Below are positions 61,870-64,000 of a stretch of 64,000 bases of DNA, piece by piece. Under the pieces are notes generated by a model. The model searched no databases and was not told the origin of the DNA. It was given only the letters and a program-made list of their open reading frames with translations. Made by a program: the position numbers and the translations under genes. Origin of the DNA: Cycas panzhihuaensis. Taxonomy: Eukaryota; Plantae; Cycadophyta. Positions within the stretch are counted from its first letter, which is position 1. Every line of letters begins with the position of its first letter. The DNA is taken from assembly GCA_023213395.1 (NCBI GenBank), contig CM041465.1, positions 31,503,741 to 31,567,740 of the forward strand, read 5' to 3'.

Positions 61870-64000
61870 GACGTTGAGTCCTCGAAACGTTGCAGATGGG
61901 GATGTTGCTTGACAAACTCATCAAATTTCCAAGTTGCTTCATCAGTATCACACCCAATCCATTGTATCAAATGCTCAGAAATAATGTGATTCTAAAGGTG
62001 GCACTGATAGCTGGCAAGGATTCGGTCTAGTGGAACTATGAGGATTTGTTCATTATTGAGAATGGGGAGGGTGGTGATGGGTGTAATATTTTTGCCCAAG
62101 CACTTTTTAAGGCAGGAGACATGGAAGACATTAGGAATTTTGGTGTTTGGGGGAAATTCAAGGGTATATGCAACTTCACCAATATTTTTTATGACTTTAT
62201 ACAGACCATAATGACGAGGGCTTAGCGTGTGGTCTCGATGGACTTTGAGGGATTGTTGTATGGTTGAAGATAGAAGAATACAATATCTCCAATGCTAAAT
62301 GATCGATTAGATTGATGGTGGTCAGCGAGTTGCTTCATATGATTCCTTGCATTAGCTAAATTTTGCTTAAGGGTATGAAAGATTTGATCCATCTCTTGAA
62401 GCTTTTGTTGGGCAGAGGCATTTCAAAAATCAGTCACTAAAGTGTGGTGCGAAGGGGGGTGATAGCCGTATAATGCCAAAAATGGGGACATGCCAATGGT
62501 TGAATGGTGTGAGAAGTTGTACCAATATTCTTCTAGGGATAACCAAAATGTCCATTTAGCTTGGTGGTCAGAGACAAAGTAACATAAGTATGTTTCCAAA
62601 GTTTTGTTCAAGGCCTCTGATTGACCATCTGTTTGTGGATGGTAAGCTGTACTCATATTAAATAAAGTTCTCACAACCCTAAATAGCTTTTGTCAAAAGG
62701 CGTCGGTGAACTTGGAGTCCCTATCACAAACGATAGTTGAAGGTAATCCATGAAAGCAGAAAATGAATTGGACATAAATATCAGCAAGACGTGTATAAGA
62801 TATGTGTACTAGAATAAAATAAGAATATTTGGTTAGTCTATCGATGACTACCCAAATTGAGTCAAACTGATCTGATGTAGGTAAGTCAGTAATAAAATCC
62901 ATGGCAATGTCCTGCCATTTTTCTTGAGAAATATGCAATGGCTAGAGCAGTCATAGGAAGGCATTGTTATCCACCTTATGTCATTGATAAGTATCGCATT
63001 CTAACACAAAGGTGAAGATAGTATGTTTCATATGGGGCCAAAAGAAATCAGCACGAAAACAACGATAAGTTTTATTGAATCCTAAATGGCCCCCTAAAGG
63101 AGTGGAGTGATACTCTATTAGAATGCATGGAATGAAAGATGAGGATGGGTGGACAAAGATATGATTATGGAATAATAAATTATTTGAGTGTGTTGACCAT
63201 CCATTTTGGTTTAAAGCTTTTTCTTTCCAAAGGGAGTAATCAGGTTGAGCCTAGTTTTCAACACATAATTCATCAAGCCAGATGGGTTCGGGCTTGGATA
63301 TAGCATGAATATTGGGGTTGGTGGCATTGGGATTGGGAGAAGGCATGAGAGGGTGTCCGCAACCACATTGTCTTTTCCTTTCTTATAAGTTATTGTAAAG
63401 TCAAAAACTTGAAGGCGATCAATCCATTTGGCTTGTTCTTTTTAAAGGATCAGTTGATCCATCAGATTATGGAGGCTGCAGTGGTTAGTAAGGATTGTGA
63501 ATTTTGACTCCAAAAGATATTGGAGCCACTTATCCACAGCATGTAAGACTATTCACATTTCCTTTTGGTAAGTTGATAGACGAAGTTCATGGTCCTTTAG
63601 TTTTCGACTTTCGAAAGTAATGGGGTGATACTCTTGTATAAGAACAGTGCCTATGCCAAATCCTGAAGCATCACATTCAAGTTGGAATAGTTGGGTGAAA
63701 TCAAGAGTGGCCAACACTAGGGTAGAGGTTATTACTAACCTGAGGTGGAAAAAGGTAGCTTCAGCCTCCGAAGACCATTGAAAAGAGTTTTTACAGAGCA
63801 GATTCGTTAGCAGGGCTGTTAATATAGCATAGTTACATACAAAACAACAATAGAACCCTGTAAGGTGAAAGAATGCTTGCAGTTGTGGGAGATTGGTTAA
63901 TGTTGACTAGGTAGTGATGACAGATATTTTATCAGGGTCCACACGTACCCCTTTGTAAGAAATAATGTGCTCCAAGTATTAGAGTTTAGTTTTTCCATAC
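61870..64000 (-). pseudogene. pol: Chromovirus pol: RT end, RNase H, integrase, chromodomain
   Basis: LECDASGFGIGTVLIQ ~63635-63683; WQDIAMDFITDLP..VVIDRLTKY; STAYHPQTDGQSEALNK; chromodomain LIQWIGCDTDEATWK ~61925-61972. Confidence 0.94.

Larger units (their letters stand above)
61350..64000 (-). mobile_element. Ty3/gypsy chromovirus (Reina-like), 3' part, inserted in copia A gag
   Basis: LTR 61350-61856, PPT aaggaggg ~61860-61867, then chromodomain, integrase, RNase H and RT end. Confidence 0.92.

Overview
AT-rich, gene-free eukaryotic DNA made almost entirely of old, nested plant LTR retrotransposons. A large-genome land plant such as a gymnosperm or fern is likely, but that is inference. 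I found no intact host gene, RNA gene or CRISPR array. LTR pairs, PBS/PPT sites, 5-bp target-site duplications (TSDs) and reading frames that rejoin across insertions give this nesting: CRM-like gypsy (1-~3477) < copia A (~3478-61349) < Tat/Ogre-like gypsy with 3.7-kb LTRs (5981-59852) < copia B (~20477-59808) < copia C (28407-57289) < copia F (34943-55548) < copia G (35960-48377) < non-autonomous H (41198-45967). Side insertions are D (22924-28140, in B), non-autonomous E (29182-32271, in C) and a chromovirus (61350-end, in A). All gag/pol regions are pseudogenised. The strongest leads are: (1) E and H have unrelated LTRs and no pol but encode homologous single-frame proteins (Gag N-terminal domain with family-specific motifs, a variable partly acidic linker, and a shared C-terminal motif); (2) all nine copia-type 3' junctions place the PPT and LTR start in the loop of a hairpin whose arm sequence differs between families; (3) the Tat-like element keeps gag, protease and an archaeal-type RNase H but shows no RT or integrase, and its two LTRs differ by a ~445-bp inversion. 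All alignments and counts were done by eye and are approximate.
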